Assembly (NCBI GenBank): GCA_002709525.1
Contig: PARE01000027.1
Coordinates: 9,403 to 73,402 of the forward strand
Length of the DNA: 64,000 nt
Direction: 5' to 3'
Source of the DNA: Magnetovibrio sp.
Lineage (GTDB): Bacteria; Pseudomonadota; Alphaproteobacteria; Rhodospirillales; Casp-alpha2
How positions within the stretch are numbered: the first letter of the stretch is position 1; each line of letters opens with the position of its first letter. Of this stretch, positions 55,109 to 63,920 are shown one piece after another. Made by a program: the position numbers and the translations under genes. The notes under the pieces were generated by a model, which saw only the letters and a program-made list of their open reading frames with translations, made no database searches and had not been told where the DNA came from.

Positions 55109-57025
55109 TCAGCGATTTTTTTCGGCGCCAGCCACGGAAACATTCATTGCCAACGAATTTTTCTCCTTGCTGCCGGTGCGCTCTCCGTTGACTATATTTT
55201 TGATAATCGCGTTTCGGTTCGCATCATAGGGATAGGACATTTCAGCCCAGACCTTTTTAAAGTCGACGTCAACGGGCTGTCCGTTGACGAACCGGTTAGT
55301 AAAATCCGCGAGCTTAGCCCCATCGTCAAACCGCATCTCTGAACCAAATTTATCGTATATATTTTTGTCTACTCCGAGAAGGTCCATAAATACGACCGGC
55401 GTTTCGATAACCGCACAGTCCGCAGCGATCCCCGATCCGTCCAGTGTTATTACTAAGTCGGCCGAGAGCAAGTATTCGACCGTTGTAATATTTGGGTCGA
55501 TCAAGAAATCTAGCTCACGGCTTGGCACTCTGGCCGAGAACGCAGCAGCATCAATGTAATTTTTTGGCCGGATCGCTAACCGCGTCTTTAGCGTGTCGAC
55601 TTGGTTTAAAAAATCAAACAGCATTTCCCCGTTCGTAAACACCGAGTCAAAACCAGCAAGATCTGTGAAGCCAGGAAGCGTTATGATAACGGTTTTTCTG
55701 CCTTTCTGGGACGGCTTATCAAGGCCACGCGCACGCAGGGTACTATCGATACGATTGTAACCGTAGGGAACAACAGACAGATGTCCCCAATACGGTCTAT
55801 AAAGATCATGAATAAAGCGGCTCCAAACTAGGACAGCATCAGCACAAATGAAAGCGAGGCTCGGCAAGGCGTATACACCATTCCCAGCCGAATGGTGAAC
55901 AATCAGGCTTTTCCGCCCACGCGCACGCAGTAACCATGTCCTCACAAAATGACGTTCCGAGTAATCGTCAAGTGAGAGAAACGCATCGCAATCGATGTTC
56001 TCGCTATAAACAAATTCACGGCAATCCGCCGTAATCAGCCGCCAATAAATTGAAATATCAAGCCAGGTTTTTAAACGGGACGCACACGCAATATAAATCT
56101 TCAACGCCCGCAGCAGCATGCCTATAAAAAGCATTGGCGACATGGTAAAGGCACGGAAGTCCTCGCACCCAATTCCCGCCGCGTCGAGGTCGGAAATATA
56201 AGTTGCCGCAATCTTATCACCTGGATCCCATTGGTCCGTCAAAAAGGCCGCGTTGGTCTCATTGTCAAAAAAATAATCGTCGACTGTGAAACTTTTAAGT
56301 AATTCGCCCGCGTAACCAAACCCCGTATTGTGAACCAACAAGCTGCGGCGGCGCGGCTGAGGGCAACGCGTTTTCCATCTAAAACTGGTCGCTGTCTTGA
56401 TAACCGATACCAAAGTCATTAAAGCCGTCAGGAACGGGCTGGCGATCAAGGCCCCAAACCGGGAGCGCCAAAACTTTGCGAGATCAGACCCCGCATAAAT
56501 TCCGAACGGATCGGAGTCGGTAATTACGCAAACCTTGTCACGTCGGTTCTTCATATCGCGCACTATAAATGATTGGATGCAGGCCTTTTCCAAGCCACAT
56601 TTCTTCACAAACAACCCTGCGTCTTCTTGACGCACGCCGGAACTTGCTGCGATGGCTTCAACTAACGGTGCCTGATCGTTGAGTTTATGACCAAATACCT
56701 TTGGAACGGTGCATGGATTATCAAACATGTAATCGTATAGATCTAGACGGCGACGGGTGAGGGACTTACGGCAGAGAAGATACGCCAGACGCCGGCAAAA
56801 CGGATAAAAAATCTCGCCGTTATGGCAGTTGTCGCTGGTCACAAAGACGGATTTGGATGCCCGGCGGATTTTACTAGCATGAACCAAAACCGTCCAAGGC
56901 AACAAATGGTCAAACACAATTGTAAGCCCGCCCGATCCAACACACCTTGAAGAGGACTTTGACAACGTCACAGTCTTAGCGGTGCTCACCATCTGCGTGT
57001 TACTCACGCACCATCGCAGTTTCAT
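55109..57025 (-). CDS. orphan protein of about 630 aa, GT-B-like C-terminal half
   Basis: KTVIITLPGF...RLAIRPKNY...VEYLLSADLVITLDGSGIAADCAVIETPVVFMD has the same architecture as 37304-38950. The likely start is the ATG at 56992. Confidence 0.45.
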   Translation of the reverse strand: MKLRWCVSNTQMVSTAKTVTLSKSSSRCVGSGGLTIVFDHLLPWTVLVHASKIRRASKSVFVTSDNCHNGEIFYPFCRRLAYLLCRKSLTRRRLDLYDYMFDNPCTVPKVFGHKLNDQAPLVEAIAASSGVRQEDAGLFVKKCGLEKACIQSFIVRDMKNRRDKVCVITDSDPFGIYAGSDLAKFWRSRFGALIASPFLTALMTLVSVIKTATSFRWKTRCPQPRRRSLLVHNTGFGYAGELLKSFTVDDYFFDNETNAAFLTDQWDPGDKIAATYISDLDAAGIGCEDFRAFTMSPMLFIGMLLRALKIYIACASRLKTWLDISIYWRLITADCREFVYSENIDCDAFLSLDDYSERHFVRTWLLRARGRKSLIVHHSAGNGVYALPSLAFICADAVLVWSRFIHDLYRPYWGHLSVVPYGYNRIDSTLRARGLDKPSQKGRKTVIITLPGFTDLAGFDSVFTNGEMLFDFLNQVDTLKTRLAIRPKNYIDAAAFSARVPSRELDFLIDPNITTVEYLLSADLVITLDGSGIAADCAVIETPVVFMDLLGVDKNIYDKFGSEMRFDDGAKLADFTNRFVNGQPVDVDFKKVWAEMSYPYDANRNAIIKNIVNGERTGSKEKNSLAMNVSVAGAEKNR

Positions 57026-58805
57026 TCATCAGCAAGACATCTAGGTCGCTTCTCTCGAACGTGCTGATGGCGTCTTCAGGCGTACAAACAATAGGCTCCC
57101 CATGTAGATTGAACGACGTGTTTAGCAATGCGCCTGTGCCAGTCTCACCCTCAAAGGCCTTAATGATATCATAATAGCCCGGGTTGCGATCACGGGCCAA
57201 AACCTGTGGTCGCGCCGTCATATCGGAACCGTGAATTGCTCCCCCCAGTTCCTCTTTTCCAGCATCGGTAGTTTTGGCGGAGATCATCATATATGCATAA
57301 GAATCCAAGTCCACAAGATCTGCCAGGTAATCGTTTGCACGCTCAGCTATGACCACGGGCGCGAACGGCATCCAGAAATCTCGGTATTTGATTTGGCGAT
57401 TGATTTTATCAACAGTGCTCGGATCACGTGGGCTCGCAAGGATGGAGCGATTGCCAAGAGCGCGGGCACCGAACTCCATCCGGCCAGAACACCGGGATAT
57501 GACCTTGCCTTCCGCTAAGAACTTGGCCACCTTTGTCACGCTTACGTCATCCATGACCGTGAATTTCTGATTGGCGCCAGTCTGCAAAATAGCATTTTGG
57601 ATATCGCCATTGGCGAATTCGGGACCAACATAGGCGTTCCGGATTGGCCGCAGATGTCGATAGGCATCCTGTCCAGATGCAGCCTCGCCCATGTAGCAAG
57701 CGCCGACGCACAACGTATCGTCCGTCGGGCTTGGGGCAACATAAAACTCCTCCAGATCTGGGTTCTCCGCCAGCAGCATGTTGAGCTTTACGTTCATTGC
57801 GACCCCTCCGGCAAATACGGCATGGCGCGATCGGTACTTCGCCTGCATTTCCCGAAACCATAGCTGGACCGAATCTTCGACCATCCTCTGGGCCGCTGCT
57901 GCGATCCCATCAAACCGATGGCCCTCGAACGCCGTGGTAAGGTGAAAGTAATTATCCTTAGGTCGGCGATCCGGTGCGTAAAGCAGCATGTCACCATCAA
58001 CCTCAAACATACCGTCGAAGACCTGGTAACTCTTTCGGGCTTCGCGGTCTGTCGCGTATGGAGCAAGTCCCATGACCTTAAATTCATGCTCTCCGGTTTT
58101 CATTCCAAGTAGCAAAGTGACTTCGCGATATATACGTCCGATATCGACGCTGTTCGACCGGGCCAATTCTTCAACACGCCCACCCATGTATCGAAACAGA
58201 GTGCTTGTCGTGCTGTCGCCACCGCCGTCGAGGGTGTAGATCAAGGTGTTATCGTTACGGATGGGACTAGCAAACAAAGCATAATAAGCATGGCATGCGT
58301 GATGATCATAAAAGACGATTCTATCGGCTGCCTCTGTGCCCAAGTGCCGACGGGCACCGTCCAATCGGATAGACCTGGATACTTCCATATCTCGAATGAA
58401 ATCGTAGTCAGCGTCGATCTCAGAGAAATCGTAATAGTGATCCTGATTGCTTAGGCGTGTATCTTTGGCCAACTCGTGGAATATAGTTCGATCCTCAATG
58501 CCGTCATATAACCTCGGTTTCCAGTAGCGATGATGCACTGCCAGCCATTGGTCGCTGGTGAACGAAGCAATGGATTTTAGCTTCGTGTGAAAGGCGTTCA
58601 GGTTCATTGTCGCAAAAGCAACCTGATCGATATCATCGGCAGACAAGCTTGCGCTCGACAGACAGTATTCGATGGCTTGCTTTGGATACCCATAATCATT
58701 CTTTAGGCGGGTGAACCGCTCCTCCGCCGCAAGTGCGACGAGTTCGCCATCCACCATTAAACAAGCGGATGCACAGTGGCCGTCATGAATACCCAAGATA
58801 ATCAT
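57000..58805 (-). CDS. carbamoyltransferase (NodU/CmcH family), full length
   Basis: MIILGIHDGHCASACL, YDHHACHAYYA, FKVMGLAPY and C-terminal NTSFNLHGEPIVCTPEDA. Confidence 0.9.
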   Translation of the reverse strand: MIILGIHDGHCASACLMVDGELVALAAEERFTRLKNDYGYPKQAIEYCLSSASLSADDIDQVAFATMNLNAFHTKLKSIASFTSDQWLAVHHRYWKPRLYDGIEDRTIFHELAKDTRLSNQDHYYDFSEIDADYDFIRDMEVSRSIRLDGARRHLGTEAADRIVFYDHHACHAYYALFASPIRNDNTLIYTLDGGGDSTTSTLFRYMGGRVEELARSNSVDIGRIYREVTLLLGMKTGEHEFKVMGLAPYATDREARKSYQVFDGMFEVDGDMLLYAPDRRPKDNYFHLTTAFEGHRFDGIAAAAQRMVEDSVQLWFREMQAKYRSRHAVFAGGVAMNVKLNMLLAENPDLEEFYVAPSPTDDTLCVGACYMGEAASGQDAYRHLRPIRNAYVGPEFANGDIQNAILQTGANQKFTVMDDVSVTKVAKFLAEGKVISRCSGRMEFGARALGNRSILASPRDPSTVDKINRQIKYRDFWMPFAPVVIAERANDYLADLVDLDSYAYMMISAKTTDAGKEELGGAIHGSDMTARPQVLARDRNPGYYDIIKAFEGETGTGALLNTSFNLHGEPIVCTPEDAISTFERSDLDVLLMNETAMVRE

Positions 58806-58854
58806 TCAAATTCCAAGGTTATAAGCTCTTATAATATTGGACCGGAAGACGCCA

Positions 58855-60606
58855 CTAGAGCCGCCAAAGCGCTTTAAGCCAATGGATGGGCCAGAGCCGC
58901 GAGGTGCGCGCAAATTGATTGCAAAACGCCATCCGGGCACCCTGAACTTCATCTCGACGCCACCAATCATCAATGTCGTCCCACACCTCAGCAACCTTCG
59001 CCGCGGCGGCATCCGGTGAAGGCTGGATGATTCCCATGTCCTCAAAGCGTGAAAACACGGGTACCGCTTGTTTCGAAACCGGCCAGATTTTCGGATCCGC
59101 GAAGCTAATAATTGGCATATTTGCGACCATCGCAGACACAAACACGGATCCGTACTGATCGACTACGAGGAGACGGGCGCGCATCAATGCGTCGTGAAAC
59201 TCCTTACCAGGACCATCAAAAATCCGAAGCCAGGGAAACCTATCTTTAAAATAGCCTACCTCATCCAGACCACTAATCTCATCTGGATAGGGGCGCAGGT
59301 ACAATTGACCACGCAGCGAGTCCGGCAAGCAAGCGAGAAACCGCGCCTTATCTTGACGGTATCCAATCGTTTGTGTCGACTGATGCGTCGTTTCCAATCT
59401 ATGGGCAAACACGCGCATGGATTGGCCAACCAAGTACATCGTGGGTTCCGTCTCGCTATGGCGATCCCGCCAGTGAGTGAGCGCCGGCGCTGGCAGTGAG
59501 ATGATTCGTCCTTCATCATCCTCTTGCGCCGTCCAGCCCCAAGATAGATATGCATCCCGTTTGTTTTCAACGATTGCCGAACAACCGTTGATCTTCTGTA
59601 TTCCTGATCCACCGTGTTGCGTGCACACAATCAATTCACCGTTTTCTGAGGCAAGTGCACAGCGAAATTTCTCAGCCTCGTTAAAAACCAGACAGGGGCC
59701 AACCAAATTAATCTTGCCAGGCTTGATCGGATACTGACTCGCTGTTGCGAGATGTGTGTCGAACTCGGCGCTTAAAGATTGGGGAACTAACTTCCAAAGC
59801 ATATCAAGCACCAGTTCGACATATGCCTCGGAAAAATTTTTTCTGACAATCGAAAAATCTTCAGGAGGATTAAACCGCCAAGGCACCTTCGCTGGAAACA
59901 AACTTAAAGCCAGGCTGATCGGAAAGGACATTGAACGAATTCCTACGACACGTCGGCATCTGCCCCCGAAAAAGACATCTGCCAAAAGCCGCTTGATCCG
60001 CGAGCGGCTGCTCTGCACTGGATCCAGATGGCGGGGCACTGAAATCGGCTCACTGTCGATTTCCAAACGCCAATGTGCGGGTGCAACCCTACGCACGATC
60101 TGAGACGTGAGCCAGTAATTAAATGAAACGGTGTTTACGATCCTAGTGTGCATATCAAGCACATCGCCAAATCGCCATTTGGGGTCGGATCCACTTATCA
60201 TCACGACATAGGGCGTGTGACCACGATTTTCGATAAACGCTAAAACTTCCTTGAAACGTTTCCAAACCATCTCCGAAATCTTGTAGACCCAAGGCAACAA
60301 AATTATCTGCCAAAAGTCTGGTGAGAACCTCTTGCCATGCCGCGCGTTAAAAGTCGCCGTTAAATGTACAGCGAGGGATTCCGCAAACTCGCGAATCTCT
60401 CGCGCGTCGCGATAAAGAATATCGGTATCTGTATAAGCGGTCTCAAAAAGCAACTCTTCCCAGCCTTCGACAACGTCCTCAGCATTGAAAAAACACCACG
60501 GCCCAATGGCGTCAGTGGTGCGACTGTCGAAAGATTGATCAACGCCACCAACAATGAGCCGCTTTTCAACAGCCGTTTGACTGGAATGTCCGCTAGCAGT
60601 CTGCAC
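58855..60606 (-). CDS. orphan 583-aa protein, paralogue A of a tandem pair (putative transferase)
   Basis: Collinear with 60736-62532 over the full length: RLIVGG..IGPWCFFNAEDV / RLIVGD..IGAWCFANCEDV; LRPYPDE / YRPYPQQ; FCNQFARTSRLWPIHWLKALW / FCQEFARTDRHWWWQWMKALV. Confidence 0.5.
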   Translation of the reverse strand: MQTASGHSSQTAVEKRLIVGGVDQSFDSRTTDAIGPWCFFNAEDVVEGWEELLFETAYTDTDILYRDAREIREFAESLAVHLTATFNARHGKRFSPDFWQIILLPWVYKISEMVWKRFKEVLAFIENRGHTPYVVMISGSDPKWRFGDVLDMHTRIVNTVSFNYWLTSQIVRRVAPAHWRLEIDSEPISVPRHLDPVQSSRSRIKRLLADVFFGGRCRRVVGIRSMSFPISLALSLFPAKVPWRFNPPEDFSIVRKNFSEAYVELVLDMLWKLVPQSLSAEFDTHLATASQYPIKPGKINLVGPCLVFNEAEKFRCALASENGELIVCTQHGGSGIQKINGCSAIVENKRDAYLSWGWTAQEDDEGRIISLPAPALTHWRDRHSETEPTMYLVGQSMRVFAHRLETTHQSTQTIGYRQDKARFLACLPDSLRGQLYLRPYPDEISGLDEVGYFKDRFPWLRIFDGPGKEFHDALMRARLLVVDQYGSVFVSAMVANMPIISFADPKIWPVSKQAVPVFSRFEDMGIIQPSPDAAAAKVAEVWDDIDDWWRRDEVQGARMAFCNQFARTSRLWPIHWLKALWRL

Positions 60607-60735
60607 AGCTTCCCATTGCGTGAATTCGGTTTAGCCTCGGTAGTATGAACAAATGGCGCTGATCATGGAGCCCGCAGTCTGCCTTGACCATAATTTCGCT
60701 TGGTCGTCTAAAAAATGCTGGCGCGAGGCTCATAA

Positions 60736-62532
60736 TTAGACCTGCACAAGTGCCTTCATCCATTGCCACCACCAATGGCGATCCGTACGCGCAAACTCCT
60801 GGCAGAATAAATCCCGCGATTCCTGTATATCTGGATCGCACCACCAATCTTCTATGTGATCCCATACCGCATTGACCTTTGACGCCGCGGCCTCGCCACT
60901 ATCATGGATAATACCCAAGGATCTAAATCGATCGAAATGGCTTCTGGCATGCATAGAAAAAGCCCAACTTTCCGTATTCCAAAAACCAATTGTTGGAATC
61001 TTAGCCGTCATCGCAGCAAGGAATGTCAATCCTGGGTGATCAAGAACAACCAGACGGCATCGCGCCAGTGAGTCGTGAAAGCCATCTTCAACAATATTTA
61101 ATCGCTCGTGCCGTTTCGAAAAGTACGCCCAATCCGAAAGGCTGCCCTTTTGTTGAGGATAGGGACGATAATCTATCATTGAGAACGCGGGCTCAACCAA
61201 CTTTTTGAAGAATGTGTCCTTCTCACGCCGAAGCCATCCAACGTTGAACAAGGCACCAATCGACATGATCCGGACAAACATCAGATAAATTTCGCCGCTA
61301 GTAAAAAGCAGGCGGCCATTGTTCTCTCTGTATCGATTCCGCCAATTTATCAATTGGGGTGCAGGCAGTGGCACAAATCGCCCATGGTAATCATCATGCC
61401 GCGACCAACCCCACGTGAAAAATGCATGGTGTCGATACTCAATTTCAGCGCCAAGAGAATAGGCGTGTGCCATCCCGTAATTTGCGCCATGTTGAACAAA
61501 TACAAGGCCCTCTCCCGCTTCGATGGCACGAGCGAGTTTAAATAGCCGTGGTTCAGAAAAGAAAAAAGCAGGAACCTGTAAATTGACCCGACCTGGCTTG
61601 ACCCTTCGCTGTAAAGCTTGTGCATGATGCATGGGAAAATGATCAGTGAACGACTTAGGAATTGAGGCCCGAACCACGGTTTGGGCCATTTGTATGAATT
61701 CTCGGTCAAGCCGTCGAGCCGCCGATGTATCTAAACTCTCCGGGTTTGGTCTCTCTATATGGGCCTTTTTAGGAATAACATTCAGCCAGACGTTCATACC
61801 AGCATGCGCAACAACGCTTCTGACTCGATCTGAGATCGATATTTCGAAAATATCACCGGAAAAGTGTGCCCGCCCAGATTTTATCATGTGAAAGCACCGC
61901 TTGATCATCGGCGGCGAATTATGCAATGCACCCAGCTCTACTCTTTGTAGTTTTGAGGCCGGGACCGGTATCTCATGAATTGAGACATGGTCACAGGCCA
62001 GTTCTCGCAGGGCAAGTCCGGTTAACCAGTTATTGTAAGCCTCATCTCGAAGTCCATTCTGATACAAATCCAGTACTTTTGAAAATTCCCACAAATGATC
62101 ATGCTCATAGATGTCCGCATTAAGACTTTGTTCTATGTTCCGCAAAACAGCCCGTTTGGCCTCCAAATATCGGTAATAGGATTGTCCCAACAACTCCAGA
62201 AGCCATCGCATCAAGAGCACATGCCAATAAGAAGAACTGTACGCCACGCTATGGCGGGTGTTCATTTCTTCTGCAAGACCAATCAGCATCTCATTTGCTA
62301 GAGCTGCCAGGCAATCATCAGCATCCTTCGCAGAGGCCACGTCCGTAACCGGGTCACCGACATCAAATCGCTGTTCCCAGTCTGGATAAACGTCTTCACA
62401 ATTCGCAAAACACCACGCCCCAATCGGGACATCGATGTGTGGGTTGAAATCAGCGGGAAGGTCGCCGACGATCAATCGGGATTTACCTGACATTTGACTC
62501 TCTTGAGACAAATGGTGTTGCACCCGTGTCAT
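60736..62532 (-). CDS. orphan 598-aa protein, paralogue B of the tandem pair (putative transferase)
   Basis: See paralogue A. The ATG forms an ATGA overlap with the stop of the upstream FemAB-like gene (62529-62532). Confidence 0.5.
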   Translation of the reverse strand: MTRVQHHLSQESQMSGKSRLIVGDLPADFNPHIDVPIGAWCFANCEDVYPDWEQRFDVGDPVTDVASAKDADDCLAALANEMLIGLAEEMNTRHSVAYSSSYWHVLLMRWLLELLGQSYYRYLEAKRAVLRNIEQSLNADIYEHDHLWEFSKVLDLYQNGLRDEAYNNWLTGLALRELACDHVSIHEIPVPASKLQRVELGALHNSPPMIKRCFHMIKSGRAHFSGDIFEISISDRVRSVVAHAGMNVWLNVIPKKAHIERPNPESLDTSAARRLDREFIQMAQTVVRASIPKSFTDHFPMHHAQALQRRVKPGRVNLQVPAFFFSEPRLFKLARAIEAGEGLVFVQHGANYGMAHAYSLGAEIEYRHHAFFTWGWSRHDDYHGRFVPLPAPQLINWRNRYRENNGRLLFTSGEIYLMFVRIMSIGALFNVGWLRREKDTFFKKLVEPAFSMIDYRPYPQQKGSLSDWAYFSKRHERLNIVEDGFHDSLARCRLVVLDHPGLTFLAAMTAKIPTIGFWNTESWAFSMHARSHFDRFRSLGIIHDSGEAAASKVNAVWDHIEDWWCDPDIQESRDLFCQEFARTDRHWWWQWMKALVQV

Positions 62533-63920
62533 CGGATTTCGCCTTGGCGATCACGACGCAGGCGGGGGACTCCCGTTGGTTCGGATGAGAGCGAAACACT
62601 ATAATACGGCGTCAAAGAACCGCCAAAGCTGAGCTTGAAGTATCCACGCGCGGGGCTATTGACACCTTCAAGATTAATCCTTCTGAAGCCCTCCCGGGCA
62701 AGTTCCCGAAATGAGTCCCAAAGAACCAATGTCCCCATATGGGAGGCTCGATATTGGGGATCATTGGCACCGAACAGATAAGTCGCACCTTTATTATCAA
62801 CACCAAAAACAGCAATGCTACCAGGCTCGCCGGCTTGAGTACGGGAAACAAACATCCGTAAACGCCCCATCTCATATAACCGTTTTAAAAAAAATATCAG
62901 GTCATGAATTTGATAGTCTGGCGCTTTTCCTTGTCGAGCAAAGGTTTTTGCATAAAACCGGCCAAACATGCCGAAATCTTCAGAGTGTTCCGTATAGACC
63001 CCTTTGGAAATGCCATACCGGATCTCCTGCCGGCGTGATTTATTTAATTTTTTGTACATAGGGCAGTCAGCGGGATCTAGACTTGAGTCCATCGCTTCAA
63101 GTTCCAATAAACTCGTGTATAGAACATCAATTTCATAATTCGGTAGATTGGTTGAGTAGTTGTGCCAAACAAACGGTCGGATATCTGGAAAAGTCCAATG
63201 CAACGCCATATGAACGCTCTCATACCTCGCTGACAGCTCTTTAACAAAAAAACAGATTGTCCTGAAATCTTCCGACAGGGCTTGCGCTTGGTTCTGCATA
63301 GGATTTCGCGGAGCAAGCATAATGCCATTGTGAATAACGAGTTGATGCTCAACCACGCTGCCCCCATCATTGGAAAGGATTAGGGCTGCGGCGCCACGCA
63401 GATGATTATTCTTGTAGCAAAACCATTGTTCAGTTTTGACATCCAGCGATTGAAGAAATTCACTACAAGAGAAAATAGTCCCTTGTTCTGATGAGTTAAT
63501 AAAAGCGTTCCAATCGTCATCTGACTTCGCTTTTTCCAGCCGATAAGATGACAAGTCCATCAAACCATCACTGTAAAAATCCGACGGTGTATTTTTCGAT
63601 TTACTTAACGCGGAGAGGGCCTCTAGGAAATGATGGGCGCTGTCGTCATTTAGAACTCCATTAAAGTCCGCCGCAACCTGCCCAGCATGATCGAGAAAAG
63701 CAGAGACGGTTTCTGTGGTTTCGGGAAACTCGTAGCGGAATGATTGCAAGGTCTCGTCCTCGCCTTCCCAACACCATGAACCCTCCCCATCTTCGTCTCT
63801 GATGGTTGCCCGTATAGACAGGCCACCGTCCGATTGATAATCTATAAGCCCTGAGAGAAACGTATAAGCTTGCCCATCGTGGGGCGTCGACTCCAAAAAG
63901 AAAAACGGGTCCTCCCGCAA
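62529..63920 (-). CDS. FemAB-like (Acetyltransf_6) acyl/aminoacyl-transferase with an acidic N-terminal extension; possibly longer than shown
   Basis: DDWNAFINSSEQGTIFSCSEFLQSL, RRQEIRYGISKGV, FYAKTFARQGKAP and GATYLFGANDP...INLEGVNSPARGYFKLSFGG. The reading frame stays open upstream of the TTG at 63920 through nt 64000 (ITSTRFGAGQIAAIRAGACVKVTEEC), so the gene may start outside the window. Confidence 0.55.
   Translation of the reverse strand: MREDPFFFLESTPHDGQAYTFLSGLIDYQSDGGLSIRATIRDEDGEGSWCWEGEDETLQSFRYEFPETTETVSAFLDHAGQVAADFNGVLNDDSAHHFLEALSALSKSKNTPSDFYSDGLMDLSSYRLEKAKSDDDWNAFINSSEQGTIFSCSEFLQSLDVKTEQWFCYKNNHLRGAAALILSNDGGSVVEHQLVIHNGIMLAPRNPMQNQAQALSEDFRTICFFVKELSARYESVHMALHWTFPDIRPFVWHNYSTNLPNYEIDVLYTSLLELEAMDSSLDPADCPMYKKLNKSRRQEIRYGISKGVYTEHSEDFGMFGRFYAKTFARQGKAPDYQIHDLIFFLKRLYEMGRLRMFVSRTQAGEPGSIAVFGVDNKGATYLFGANDPQYRASHMGTLVLWDSFRELAREGFRRINLEGVNSPARGYFKLSFGGSLTPYYSVSLSSEPTGVPRLRRDRQGEIR

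Noticed and set aside
58806-59141. 111-aa minus-strand ORF overlapping the 3' end of paralogue A.
   Set aside because: It is an alternative frame of a well-supported long CDS. It is Arg-rich and has no start context.
60607-60735. The 129-nt gap between the tandem paralogues, examined for a terminator, promoter or small RNA.
   Set aside because: I found only a T-run (ATTTTTTAG) with no convincing preceding stem, and no clear -35/-10 pair. This is not supportable from sequence alone.
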